This document shows positions 37,850-47,359 of a stretch of DNA of 64,000 nt, in pieces (position 1 is the stretch's first letter; every line of letters starts with the position of its first letter). The stretch is from assembly GCA_964406525.1 (NCBI GenBank), contig CAYOSC010000001.1, forward strand, positions 1,174 through 65,173. Reading direction: 5' to 3'. The notes below the pieces were generated by a model. The model saw only the letters and a list, made by a program, of their open reading frames with translations, made no database searches and was not told the DNA's origin. A program made the translations under genes and the position numbers. This DNA comes from an uncultured Candidatus Saccharibacteria bacterium (GTDB lineage: Bacteria > Patescibacteriota > Saccharimonadia > Saccharimonadales > Saccharimonadaceae).

Positions 37850-38581
37850 CTAAGCTTCTTTAGCATGAGCTTTGCTGGCAGAAGGCTTCTTGGCAGCTGG
37901 CTTTTTCGTTGATTTTTTCTTTGGGCGGGGCGTTTTCTTTTTGGCTGTCATTTCCGGAAAAGCTTTGACGAGACGGCGATTGAGCTTGCCACGGTTCATT
38001 AAGATTTCACGGACGTGGGCGGTGATTTCTTCAGTGGCATCCGACTGCACTGTGCCAACCGTGACGCGACAGACGATGACGAGCCAGAGCGACAAAGCAA
38101 TATCGGCGAGGAGGGTAAGAAATAATACTCCGGCAATAATAAGACGAACCACAGGGTTGATGCTGCCGAAAAGTCCGAATAGTAAGGGGTTTATAACTTT
38201 GATCACGAGCACGCCGAGTACGCCGAAGCCGAGCAGATTTTCGGCACAAATCCGACCGCGAATATTGAGCGGTTTCTCGCTATAGTCCCACCAGCGAACA
38301 TGAAAGAGCTTTTCCATAATATAGCTAGTAGCGTATTCGAGTACAGCACTAGCACCGACGGCTACGAGGAAGATTTCAATGATATTGTCGACATGCGCTA
38401 GGAGGAACGTCATGGCGAGTGCGCCGAAACCATAAATCGGACAAACTGGGCCAACCAAGAATCCGCGGTTGGTGGCCTTGCGGTTTTCGATACCAGTGAC
38501 AATCACTTCCATGATCCAGCCTAGCACAGCGTAAGTTAAAAAGACGAGGAACCAAGTAGCGATCGTGCTAAAGACTTTCAT
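37850..38581 (-). CDS. PF06541 / DUF1113-like membrane protein with a Lys-rich C-terminal tail (paralog of 3..617)
   Basis: 243 aa. GPVCPIYGFGALAM and WWDYSEKPLNIRGR blocks. The tail is KKKTPRPKKKSTKKPAAKKPS. Confidence 0.6.
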   Translation of the reverse strand: MKVFSTIATWFLVFLTYAVLGWIMEVIVTGIENRKATNRGFLVGPVCPIYGFGALAMTFLLAHVDNIIEIFLVAVGASAVLEYATSYIMEKLFHVRWWDYSEKPLNIRGRICAENLLGFGVLGVLVIKVINPLLFGLFGSINPVVRLIIAGVLFLTLLADIALSLWLVIVCRVTVGTVQSDATEEITAHVREILMNRGKLNRRLVKAFPEMTAKKKTPRPKKKSTKKPAAKKPSASKAHAKEA

Positions 38582-39387
38582 GAGATATCCGATTCAGCTT
38601 TTGCTGATTGAGACTTCGTCGCGCCAACAATAACCAATGATAAAATCGTCAGGGCGAGAAAACCGACGATAAGAAGCCAGTTGATTTTTATCACGAAGAA
38701 GGACATTAAGACATTAGTTAGTCCGTGCAGTAGCATGCAGTAGAACACGGATTTTGTTTTATAATAAACGCAGCCGAGCCAGAAGCTGAGTACGAGTGCG
38801 CTCAGAGCAAACCAGCCGAACGGCATGCCTTGCTGGGTACTACCGCTAACGAACCAGAGTGGCAAATGCCAAAGTGCCCACACAGCCCCGACACAGAGCG
38901 TAGCCAGCGCGAAACGCAAAGTCGGATTCTTAATTTTCTTCGCGAAGACGCGCTCCATGAGTGGTTGTAAGGTACCGCGCCAACCCAGCTCTTCATTACC
39001 GCCGCCGAGGAGAGTACAGAAGATTAAGACGAGTGGTAGAATGTACCATGGCATCTCGGAATTAATTTGCATAGAGGAGAGCGCGATGATGGCGGTTTCT
39101 AAAACAGCAAATAGAATTAAATACCAAAAAGTCTTCGCATTATGCCCGAAGATAAAATTACGAACTTTGCGAAGGCTCAATTTACCATCGATACACATAA
39201 GGGCAGAAATCGTAGGACCGAACCCGCCAATACCGAACAGAATAATGCCAAGCGGACTCGCAAACTTAATGATATTGAGCGCAGTGAGGACAATTAGTAT
39301 GCCCCAGCTAAACCAACTAATAAAGAATGCGATTAATAAATATTCTTGGATTCGCCATTGATCCAGATAACCTTTGATGGTACGCAT
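38578..39387 (-). CDS. CPBP-family intramembrane protease
   Basis: 269 aa. EELGWRG, WHLPLW and LLHGLTN motifs. 4-nt overlap with the downstream gene. Confidence 0.75.
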   Translation of the reverse strand: MRTIKGYLDQWRIQEYLLIAFFISWFSWGILIVLTALNIIKFASPLGIILFGIGGFGPTISALMCIDGKLSLRKVRNFIFGHNAKTFWYLILFAVLETAIIALSSMQINSEMPWYILPLVLIFCTLLGGGNEELGWRGTLQPLMERVFAKKIKNPTLRFALATLCVGAVWALWHLPLWFVSGSTQQGMPFGWFALSALVLSFWLGCVYYKTKSVFYCMLLHGLTNVLMSFFVIKINWLLIVGFLALTILSLVIVGATKSQSAKAESDIS

Positions 39388-39389
39388 TT

Positions 39390-40586
39390 TTAAACTTCGA
39401 TTTCTCCAATCATTTTAATACTATCACTTTCAGGTAAGCTTTCGACGGATTTAAGTTTGCGTTCGATCTGACGAGAAGTAACCTCAGCGCTGCCAATCTT
39501 ATTAGCAGTTTCTTCGAGCTTCTTCTTAGTGGCCGCTAGCAAATCACCAAACTTACTAAACTGAGTCTTCACAGCGCCGAGGGTCTGCCAGACTTCGGCT
39601 GAGCGTTTCTCGATGGCGACGCTGCGGAAACCCATAGTAAGACCATTAAGGATGACTGGCAAGGTTGACGGCGAGGAGATGACAACGTTGTGCTTTTGGC
39701 GGATTTCGTCGCTAAGGCCAGCGATGCGCAAGACTTCGGCGTACAAGCTCTCAGTCGGTACAAACATCACACCAAAGTCCGTAGTCATCGGCGGGTCGAG
39801 ATATTTGGTGGAGATTTTCTTCGCCTGCTCTTTCACATCGTTGGCGAGAGCTTTGCGATAGAGCTCAATGTCGGTTTTATTGCCTTTTTCGTAGGCATCA
39901 AGCAGGCGTTCGTAATTTTCGATCGGGAACTTGCTATCGATCGGCAGGAAGACGGTCGCATTATCGGCGTCGTCTTTGCCAGGCATCTTGATGGCGAACT
40001 CGACACGATCGTTGCTGCCCTTCTTCGTAATAATATTTTCTTCATATTGACCCTTCGCCATGCAATCGGAAATGATGTTGCCAAGCTGAACTTCACCATA
40101 GATCCCACGGGTCTTGACACCCTCCATGACTTTCTTCAAATCGCCAACACCATTGGCGAGCGTCTTCATTTCACCGAGACCTTGATAGACCTGAGTGAGC
40201 TGACCGGAAATTTGTTTGAAACTTTCATTAAAACGGTGTTCGACGGATTTTTGCAGCTTCTCATCAACGGTCTCACGCATTTGGTCGAGCTTGCGTGAGT
40301 TCTCATCCTGCAGGCTCTTCACTCGGCTATCGACAGTCTTCTGGATGTTCTGCAAATTATCGGAAATTTCTTTACGACTACCCTGGAGGTTCTCGGTGAT
40401 TTCTTTGCGGTTCTCACGAAACTCTTCGGCAATCTTCGGCGAAAGTTTATCAAGTTCGCTCTCGACCCGAATTAGACGTTCTTCAAGCTTCGAGGTATCG
40501 ACATTCGGCGCAGCAGGCTTACGCAACACGCTAAAAACTAGCAGCCCGAGGTTAGTCAACAGTAAAACGATAACCGTTAGTTCCAT
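39390..40586 (-). CDS. rmuC: DNA recombination protein RmuC
   Basis: 398 aa. N-terminal TM helix, long coiled coil and a C-terminal RmuC nuclease-like domain (GEVQLGNII...FVPTESLY). Confidence 0.85.
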   Translation of the reverse strand: MELTVIVLLLTNLGLLVFSVLRKPAAPNVDTSKLEERLIRVESELDKLSPKIAEEFRENRKEITENLQGSRKEISDNLQNIQKTVDSRVKSLQDENSRKLDQMRETVDEKLQKSVEHRFNESFKQISGQLTQVYQGLGEMKTLANGVGDLKKVMEGVKTRGIYGEVQLGNIISDCMAKGQYEENIITKKGSNDRVEFAIKMPGKDDADNATVFLPIDSKFPIENYERLLDAYEKGNKTDIELYRKALANDVKEQAKKISTKYLDPPMTTDFGVMFVPTESLYAEVLRIAGLSDEIRQKHNVVISSPSTLPVILNGLTMGFRSVAIEKRSAEVWQTLGAVKTQFSKFGDLLAATKKKLEETANKIGSAEVTSRQIERKLKSVESLPESDSIKMIGEIEV

Positions 40587-40643
40587 GAACTTAATTATAG
40601 CACGAATTTGAAATTGCTCCAGAGTTTTATCTGGAGCAACTAT

Positions 40644-42716
40644 TTACTTACGGCGTTCGCGGATAATATTCTTACTACATAGGTAGGTGATAATAAAGTA
40701 TCCACCATAAATTATCGCGAGCAGGAGTGCGACGCCGGGGAGCGCCTGCATGATATTGACGCCGCCGAGTGTGCCGAGGATGAGATTACAGAATTTAAAG
40801 CCGAATACAGCGTGCAAGACAGCGAGTAGTAGCGGGAAGAGGAAGAAGATAAAGATCTGCCAGAATAATGCACGATGCAGCATGGATTCGCTGGCGCCGA
40901 TTTTGCGTAAGATGCTATATTTGTTGCGATTATCGTTGCTTTCAGAAAGCTCTTTGAGAGCAAGGATGGCGGCGCTGGAGATTAGGAAAATAATCCCAAG
41001 ATATAGACCAATGAAAGTCACCATCGCCGATGTGCCGACGCTATTGTCGATGATTGACTGCTTAGTATCGACGTCGTAATAGTAGATCTCTTGATCAGGG
41101 CTCTCATCGTAATCGCCATTCTCACTATAGAACCGGTTACTAATCGAGTCAAGCTTGCGCTCGATTTCTTCCGCACGGTCAGCATCGGCATAATTCGCTA
41201 ATATATACTCCCGCACATAGGCCGAGCTAGCGTCTTTCAAAATGGCGTCCGGTACGATGATGAGGCCTTGATTCACGTTGCCAGTGCCGAGCTTAATCGT
41301 ACCTTCAATACACTTATCACTTTGTGGAGAAAGGGTATGCCCGAGAACATTGATCGTCGTTCCCTGCGCGAGTGCGCGATTACGCAACCCGATAATTTGT
41401 TGATAATCTGCGATGATCGCATACTCGTTGTCGGCTAAATTGACAGTCGGTAAGTCGAAAAGTTCTGCTGCTCGATTATAATCACTCTGGCTGATAAATT
41501 CCTCGGTAAAGCTAAATGACCCATCAACATCCATACCGTAGACTGCGCCATTCTCGCCGACTTCGGCAAAAGCACTACCGAGAGTATCGCCGACGGAGAT
41601 ATCATCAATTAAATAATTACGGTAGGTCACGCGATCTTTGATCAGGTCGTTGAGATTAACATTTTCGCGGCGATAAATTTCTTCAATGTCGAGCGCATTA
41701 CGGCCAATACTGGTGATCTGTACGTCAGCTGGTAAACGTTTTTCGATCGACTCGTGGAGTGAGGAACTAATCGACAGGGCGGAGCCGAGAATACAAATTG
41801 TAAAGAAGAGCATCAGACAAATTACAGTCATCGAAGCGACAGTGGTATTAATTTTACTACTGAATTGACGGAGGACAAAGGAATTCAATTTATTATAATA
41901 AACTTTTTTCATGCTCATGAAGATACGCAGCAATAGTCCTGAGAGTGACCAGAATAACAGGAAGGTCGACACGACGCCCATACCGATCGGGATCAAAAGT
42001 CCAGAAGCATCATTAAATTCGCTGATGAAACTAATGCCATCGGTGACGAGATAATAAGCCCAGCCCAGGATAATCGCAGCGACAATGAAGACAATGGTAC
42101 AGACCCAAGGGTTTTTGAGTTTGATCTTTTCGTTGCGGCGATTAGATGATAATAAATTAATTAATTTCTGGCGACTAATCACGATGGTATTAAAAATCAT
42201 TACGACAATATAAATAATGCCGAAATAAATTAATGTTTGGACGAGTGCGGACGATGAGAAAACGAAATGGAAATTCGTCATATTAGCATCAAACATATTC
42301 GCAACTAACATGCTGGTAAATTGCGAGGCAACGATGCCGAGCAATAATCCGACGGCAAGCGAGAGGATACCGATCAGGACGGTTTCGAGGAGCAAAATCA
42401 GGGAAATCTTGCGCTTGCTCATACCGAGGGTGAGATAAATTCCAAATTCTTTACTACGCCGCTTGATTAAGAAACGCGAGGCGTAGATAATCAGAGCGCC
42501 GAGAATAAAAGCTACGAAAACGCTGACGATGCGCATGATGACGTTGACTAGATTCATCATTTCGCGCACACGATCGCTAACGTCGAGCATAATCGCCTGG
42601 CTATCGAGTGCATTAAAAACGTAGAAAATTGCCACGCCCAAAACTAAGGTGAAAAAATAAATGGCGTAATCTTTGATACTGCGTTTAATATTTTTTAATG
42701 CTAATTTAGCGAACAT
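40644..42716 (-). CDS. BceB-like ABC permease (10 TM, two FtsX domains, large extracellular loop)
   Basis: 690 aa. Strong AGGAGG RBS. The architecture is typical of bacitracin/lantibiotic-type BceAB transporters. Confidence 0.75.
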   Translation of the reverse strand: MFAKLALKNIKRSIKDYAIYFFTLVLGVAIFYVFNALDSQAIMLDVSDRVREMMNLVNVIMRIVSVFVAFILGALIIYASRFLIKRRSKEFGIYLTLGMSKRKISLILLLETVLIGILSLAVGLLLGIVASQFTSMLVANMFDANMTNFHFVFSSSALVQTLIYFGIIYIVVMIFNTIVISRQKLINLLSSNRRNEKIKLKNPWVCTIVFIVAAIILGWAYYLVTDGISFISEFNDASGLLIPIGMGVVSTFLLFWSLSGLLLRIFMSMKKVYYNKLNSFVLRQFSSKINTTVASMTVICLMLFFTICILGSALSISSSLHESIEKRLPADVQITSIGRNALDIEEIYRRENVNLNDLIKDRVTYRNYLIDDISVGDTLGSAFAEVGENGAVYGMDVDGSFSFTEEFISQSDYNRAAELFDLPTVNLADNEYAIIADYQQIIGLRNRALAQGTTINVLGHTLSPQSDKCIEGTIKLGTGNVNQGLIIVPDAILKDASSAYVREYILANYADADRAEEIERKLDSISNRFYSENGDYDESPDQEIYYYDVDTKQSIIDNSVGTSAMVTFIGLYLGIIFLISSAAILALKELSESNDNRNKYSILRKIGASESMLHRALFWQIFIFFLFPLLLAVLHAVFGFKFCNLILGTLGGVNIMQALPGVALLLAIIYGGYFIITYLCSKNIIRERRK

Positions 42717-42736
42717 GATTAAATCCTCCTAGCCTA

Positions 42737-42852
42737 CTCTGCAAATATGCTTTTTCTCGGGCCGCGTCCCTCGAGCCCGTCGTTACGGGTCTCGGGCGCT
42801 CATCCTCGGTCGTGACCTCCGGGAGTCCCGAGAAAAAGATATTTGCAAAGAG
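42737..42852. repeat. Palindromic structured repeat element, copy B
   Basis: Outer arms ctct-gcaaatat / atatttgcaaagag. The core is near-identical to copy A. It lies in the 326-bp gap between the bceA-like and bceB-like genes. Confidence 0.8.
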
Positions 42853-43042
42853 CAGTGCTAAACGATTGAATTTATTCAAGTTAATAACAGAAAAATATTT
42901 TTCATTTCGCGTAAGACCAGAAAATGGGCAGAAATTAAGGGATTTTACTTGTATAAAAATTTGTTTATTTTTTAATATGCGGTTTGGGCAGGTTTTGAGG
43001 GCGTTACCGTTGGTGAAAAATTTTTGTGAATTAAGATTTTTT

Positions 43043-43810
43043 CTATAACGCATCGCTTAAATCTCCGCCGAGCAATGTAATCACATCGATAATTGCATCA
43101 AAGAACTTTTTGCGCGAGTCGTTACCTTTGCGCAGTTCATTAAAAATCTTACCGTCTTTAATAAAAATCACGCGCGTGGCATATGAAGCGGCGAACGCAT
43201 CGTGCGTGACCATGAGAATGGTGGCATTGAGATTTTGATTGAGCGCATCAAACTGCTCCAGAAGCATGCGCGAAGATTTGGAATCTAGCGCACCAGTTGG
43301 CTCATCAGCGAGTACGAGTTTCGGCTTCGTGACGATAGCGCGAGCGGAGGCGACACGTTGTTTCTGACCGCCGCTCATTTGGTATGGGAATTTCTTCAGG
43401 ACATTTTGAATATTTAGTTCTTTGGCGATTTGATCAACGCGATCTTCGATCTCGTGGACGTTGACATTTTGGATCGACAAAGCCAGGGCGATGTTCTCGT
43501 AAGCCGTCAAGGAATCAAGCAAGTTAAAATCTTGAAAAATAAAACCGAGCTCCTCACGGCGAAAGCGATTCAGTTCGTCCCCACGCAAGCTAGTAATGTC
43601 CTCACCGTCGACGTAAATGTGTCCGGAAGTGACGCGGTCAATCGTGGAAATCACGTTGAGCAAGGTAGTCTTGCCAGAGCCGCTTGAGCCCATGATGGCG
43701 ACGAATTCGCCTTCGTCGACTTTGAAAGAAATATTATCAATCGCCTTCGTGAGCGAAGAGCGGCTGCCGTAATATTTTTCGACTTTCTCTAATTCTAGAA
43801 TTGTTTTCAT
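43043..43810 (-). CDS. BceA-like ABC transporter ATP-binding protein
   Basis: 255 aa. Walker A GSSGSGKTT, signature MSGGQKQR and Walker B LVLADEPT. Confidence 0.85.
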   Translation of the reverse strand: MKTILELEKVEKYYGSRSSLTKAIDNISFKVDEGEFVAIMGSSGSGKTTLLNVISTIDRVTSGHIYVDGEDITSLRGDELNRFRREELGFIFQDFNLLDSLTAYENIALALSIQNVNVHEIEDRVDQIAKELNIQNVLKKFPYQMSGGQKQRVASARAIVTKPKLVLADEPTGALDSKSSRMLLEQFDALNQNLNATILMVTHDAFAASYATRVIFIKDGKIFNELRKGNDSRKKFFDAIIDVITLLGGDLSDAL

Positions 43811-43913
43811 AGTTTCTCCTTGGTGTATATTTTAGCGGTTAAGTAATATTTTGTCGTGAGTTTAAAATTACAGTTGAATTACTTTTTTGTAAGGTTGCAG
43901 AAGCGCGGATGAG

Positions 43914-44918
43914 CTAGCTTTCGTCGATTTGGTAATAATCGTTGAGCGAAAAAGTAATGTTAACCTGCGTATATTTGCCAGCTTCGGACTGGGCGGAGAT
44001 TTGATGGCCGAACCGCTCGCAGAGGGTCTTCGCGATATAGAGACCCATACCGGTAGATTGCGCGCCGCGGCGGCCGTTGCCACCAGTGAAGGATTTTTCA
44101 AAAATTCGCGGGAGGTCTTTCTCGGTGATGCCAATACCGTTGTCGCGGATACTGAGAGTAACTTTCCGATCGTGCTCGCGGGCAGAAATTTCGATGCGGC
44201 TACTTTGATATTTAATACTATTATTAATAATCTGATTGAGGACAAACTCGAGCCACTTCGCATCGGAGCGCACAGTATAGTCGAGATCCTTCGCGATCAG
44301 GTCGATGTGCTTAGCCTGGAGCAACTCACGGTTGCGGCTGGCGACTTTGCCGATGAGATCAGAAAGCTGAACCGGCGCGATGAGATAATCTTTCTCGGCG
44401 TTTTCGGCGCGCGCAAAATACAAGATCTGTTCAACGTAATCATCGATGCGTTTGACTTGCTCGGAAATTTGCGGATTGTCAGAAATGACGGCGAGGGTAG
44501 CCAGCGGAGTCTTAACTTCGTGAATCCACATTTCGACATATTCTTGGAACTCCTGAGAACGGATTTTATATTTCTTCACGTTTTCGTTCATGGAGTGATT
44601 AATATCGCAGAGAATTTCGAACAGAATTTTACCGTCATAGAAATTCGGACATTCAAGCGTCTCCAGTACGAGGTAAGCTTGATCGAGCTGGGTGATATTA
44701 TTATACAAATTGCGGTAAAAGTTGCGCTTGCGGTAATATTCAATCAGCAAAACTGCGACTACGAAGACCACCCAGATAATGCCGAGTGCAATGATGGCTT
44801 CGACATTGACTTTATACGCGACTAGAAACGGAAACATTGCGAGACCGAGCACGGTCACAGCGATTAGGAAATAACTTTTGTCACGCAGGAAGGCACGGAA
44901 GCTGAGCAGGGGTTTCAT
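43914..44918 (-). CDS. Intramembrane-sensing histidine kinase (BceS-like)
   Basis: 334 aa. Two N-terminal TM helices with a minimal external loop, H-box HEVKTPL, and N/G boxes in the HATPase domain. Confidence 0.8.
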   Translation of the reverse strand: MKPLLSFRAFLRDKSYFLIAVTVLGLAMFPFLVAYKVNVEAIIALGIIWVVFVVAVLLIEYYRKRNFYRNLYNNITQLDQAYLVLETLECPNFYDGKILFEILCDINHSMNENVKKYKIRSQEFQEYVEMWIHEVKTPLATLAVISDNPQISEQVKRIDDYVEQILYFARAENAEKDYLIAPVQLSDLIGKVASRNRELLQAKHIDLIAKDLDYTVRSDAKWLEFVLNQIINNSIKYQSSRIEISAREHDRKVTLSIRDNGIGITEKDLPRIFEKSFTGGNGRRGAQSTGMGLYIAKTLCERFGHQISAQSEAGKYTQVNITFSLNDYYQIDES

Positions 44919-45604
44919 TGGAGGATGTACCCCAAGCCTTTGCGCGTCTCGATCGCGTCGGCGGCGCCGAGAGCCTTGAGTTTCGCGCGGACACGGCTGA
45001 TATTGACCGTCAAAGCATTATCATTAATATATTCATGATTATTCCAGAGGTCGGTCATCAGAGCATCACGCGTGACAATCTGACCTTGATGATTCAGCAG
45101 GTGGCCAAGGATGATCATTTCGTTCTTGGTCAGGAGGACGCGCTTCTGACTGTTTTCGATCACGCCGCGAGCGAGGTCAATGCGCAAGTCGCGAAATTTT
45201 AGCAGTTCAGTGTTTCCTTCCATGCGCTTGAGGACGGCAGCGATACGCAGGAGCAAAACTTGTGGGCTATAAGGCTTCGTCACGAAATCGTCCGCGCCGT
45301 AGCTCATCGACAGCACTTCGTCCATCTCGGAACTACTGCTAGTCAACATGATGACGGGCGTAGTGGACTGGGTACGGAGAGTTTTTAATAGTAATTCCCC
45401 GTTGACGCCGGGTAAATTAATGTCGAGCAGGATTAGCTGCGGCTGCAAATCCACAATCTCGTCGATTAAGTGCGCGAGGTTCTCACTACCGGATTGCAAA
45501 AGTTCGTCCGGCAAGCTAATCGCTTCATAGCCATTGCTACGCAAGAGGTCGGTCAGACCCTGGCGCATAACCGCTTCGTCTTCGATGATGAGTATTCGCT
45601 GCAT
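44915..45604 (-). CDS. OmpR-family response regulator (BceR-like)
   Basis: 229 aa. Receiver domain (ILIIEDE...LILLDINLPG) plus a winged-helix domain (...LT..E..IL..L......V.R..L). Confidence 0.9.
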   Translation of the reverse strand: MQRILIIEDEAVMRQGLTDLLRSNGYEAISLPDELLQSGSENLAHLIDEIVDLQPQLILLDINLPGVNGELLLKTLRTQSTTPVIMLTSSSSEMDEVLSMSYGADDFVTKPYSPQVLLLRIAAVLKRMEGNTELLKFRDLRIDLARGVIENSQKRVLLTKNEMIILGHLLNHQGQIVTRDALMTDLWNNHEYINDNALTVNISRVRAKLKALGAADAIETRKGLGYILQ

Positions 45605-45633
45605 TTGGTGATATTATAACATAATTAGATGTA

Positions 45634-46866
45634 TTAGTAAGCCTCAGATCGCAAAAGTAGCCGATTTAACCGGAAGCCGAGCACGATCGTCGGTACAATG
45701 ACAACAGCTAGCATGATAATAGTATACTGAATCGGTAAGATAGCGAGCATCGCGGTCGCCGCTAAGCTAAAGAAGAATCTTCCTGCTTGCTGGATTACCA
45801 CGACGTAGGCTAGTGCGTTGTTTCGCTCGCTTTTATCGATTTTTCTGAGAATAATCGTCTGGCAGAAGATATGGAAAGGATCTCTTAGGGATGAGAACGC
45901 CACAAACCCGGTGCTAATCAAAATCGCGCGCGAGCGGAAGCTGATCGGTAAGAAGAATCCGAGTAAGACAAGACCAATTGCTGAGGCTACACCAAAGCTC
46001 AGTATGACTCCGATACGATATTGAAGTTTTTGATAGATTTTTGGATACAGCGAGTCAACAGCAATGCGAACAACTCGGGAAATCAGCCAAACCCAGCCCA
46101 GATAATCTACGACTTGGTCAACACTAAACTGAGTTTCTAGTTGGTATTGTAAGAGTAATTTCGTATTGTTCTGGCCGAGGTCGATACTGCCATATAGTAA
46201 TCCACAAAAGACAAAAAGTATGGTCGATAACTTCACAGGGTGCGGTATAGTAAGTTTTTTATTATCGTCTAATGACGTTAATCCTCGTCTGGTGCCCGTA
46301 TAATCATCTACGTCAATTACGAAAAAGGACAAAACTACACAGAAACCACAAACTAGCACGTCTAAAATCATCGGCAAGCTGGGCGAAACGGCAAACAGTG
46401 TACCCGTGATCAAGGCCGTAATCAGCGTAGCGATAGCATAGACCCGATGAGCACGACTAGAAATCTTGATATATTCTGAGCCACGATGCAAATAGTTAAG
46501 GTCGTTCTGAATCAGAACATCCCGCATCGCCGTCAAGACGATCGACATCGCCTGAAAAATCATCGCGACGATGAACACCCAATAACTCTGGCCAAAGGTG
46601 AGCAGAATACTCGTGATAAAAAGTGTGATTGCACCTAGACGTATAGACCAAGTATTTCCTAAACGGTGTGCGAGCCTAATCACTGGCTCCATAAAAATAC
46701 GCGCGCCTAGGCCGACGCAAGCTCCTAAGAAGACGACTTGCATAGAATCAAAACCCTTAATATTAGTCAGCCAAACTGTGTTAATAATTATATAGAAGAT
46801 TAAACCCTGCGTTAGACCGGCTAGCCATGGGTAGACTTTAATTGTAGTGAGAAGCTTTTGCTGCAT
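45634..46866 (-). CDS. Polytopic membrane protein, possible MFS-type transporter
   Basis: 410 aa with ~10-12 hydrophobic segments. No specific signature recognised. Confidence 0.4.
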   Translation of the reverse strand: MQQKLLTTIKVYPWLAGLTQGLIFYIIINTVWLTNIKGFDSMQVVFLGACVGLGARIFMEPVIRLAHRLGNTWSIRLGAITLFITSILLTFGQSYWVFIVAMIFQAMSIVLTAMRDVLIQNDLNYLHRGSEYIKISSRAHRVYAIATLITALITGTLFAVSPSLPMILDVLVCGFCVVLSFFVIDVDDYTGTRRGLTSLDDNKKLTIPHPVKLSTILFVFCGLLYGSIDLGQNNTKLLLQYQLETQFSVDQVVDYLGWVWLISRVVRIAVDSLYPKIYQKLQYRIGVILSFGVASAIGLVLLGFFLPISFRSRAILISTGFVAFSSLRDPFHIFCQTIILRKIDKSERNNALAYVVVIQQAGRFFFSLAATAMLAILPIQYTIIMLAVVIVPTIVLGFRLNRLLLRSEAY

Positions 46867-46904
46867 TAGTTTAATTATAACTTAAATCTGAGTTCGGATA
46901 AACC

Positions 46905-46934
46905 TTTACACGGAATATTTTTGTGTGGTACAAT
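46905..46934 (+). promoter_or_regulatory. Promoter TTTACA-N18-(TGg)TACAAT
   Basis: -35 at 46905..46910 and extended -10 TGGTACAAT at 46926..46934. It aligns with the promoter of the paralogous locus. Confidence 0.55.
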
Positions 46935-46938
46935 GAGA

Positions 46939-47090
46939 GTGTTACAATAATTCATTGCGATAAGAAGGCTGATTTTATTAATGCCGTTTTGCCGATAAAA
47001 ATGACACCGCGAGGATAGTCATGTCGGTAAACTGGTAACCAGCTTTGTCCGATGGATTATTGTAACACCCTCGTGGTGTCATTTTTGTTT
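46939..47090 (+). promoter_or_regulatory. Structured 5' leader (motif copy 2) with helices A:A' and B:B', the latter followed by a U-run
   Basis: A 46939..46953 gtgttacaataattc pairs with A' 47054..47068 ggattattgtaacac (15 bp, 1 G-U). B 46997..47014 pairs with B' 47069..47086 (18 bp, 1 G-U), followed by tttttgttt. Confidence 0.6.
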
Positions 47091-47132
47091 AGTTGCGTTG
47101 CCAAAAGTGGCACTCCTGGAGGTTATATAAAT

Positions 47133-47359
47133 CTAGCACGGCTTTTGCTAGGAAAAACATTGTAGCTTTACATCTCTATAATTCTACTAACGGGGTTCGG
47201 TGGACCTCTCAAAATCGAATCCCTGCCCAAACAATATTTCAAGCAGAGTCCTTTATATAAAAATTGGGCAGGGCCGTGATTTTGGCCCGGTCCAGCCGGA
47301 AAATAACCCCTTTTAGCAGAATTACTAGAGATGTAAAGCAAGAAGCACTAGCAAAAGCC
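47133..47359. mobile_element. ~227-bp near-perfect foldback (MITE-like) element flanked by a 9-bp near-direct repeat
   Basis: Arms pair in perfect blocks of 12, 14, 7, 4, 6, 6, 7 and 10 bp around a ~33-nt AT-rich apex. TATATAAAT (47124..47132) and TATATGAAT (47360..47368) flank it. Confidence 0.55.

Noticed and set aside
42940-43000. Shared gtttgggcagg / aatat strings between the bce spacer and the apex of the 47.2-kb foldback
   Set aside because: Only ~11-20 nt are similar. Many chance 11-mer repeats are expected in 64 kb on two strands, and the orientation logic differs (direct versus inverted).
42706-43053. 115-aa minus-strand ORF spanning the bceA-bceB spacer
   Set aside because: It is open only because the G+C-rich repeat core lacks stops. 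It has no RBS and overlaps both flanking genes.
43929-44825. 298-aa + strand ORF antisense to the histidine kinase
   Set aside because: The kinase frame has H-box and ATPase motifs. The antisense frame has none.
47196-47232. tRNA T-arm-like string (aaaatcgaatccctgcccaa) inside the foldback, considered as a tRNA, tmRNA fragment or att site
   Set aside because: There is no GGTTCGAATCC T-loop context, acceptor stem or cloverleaf. The string is simply one arm of the long palindrome.
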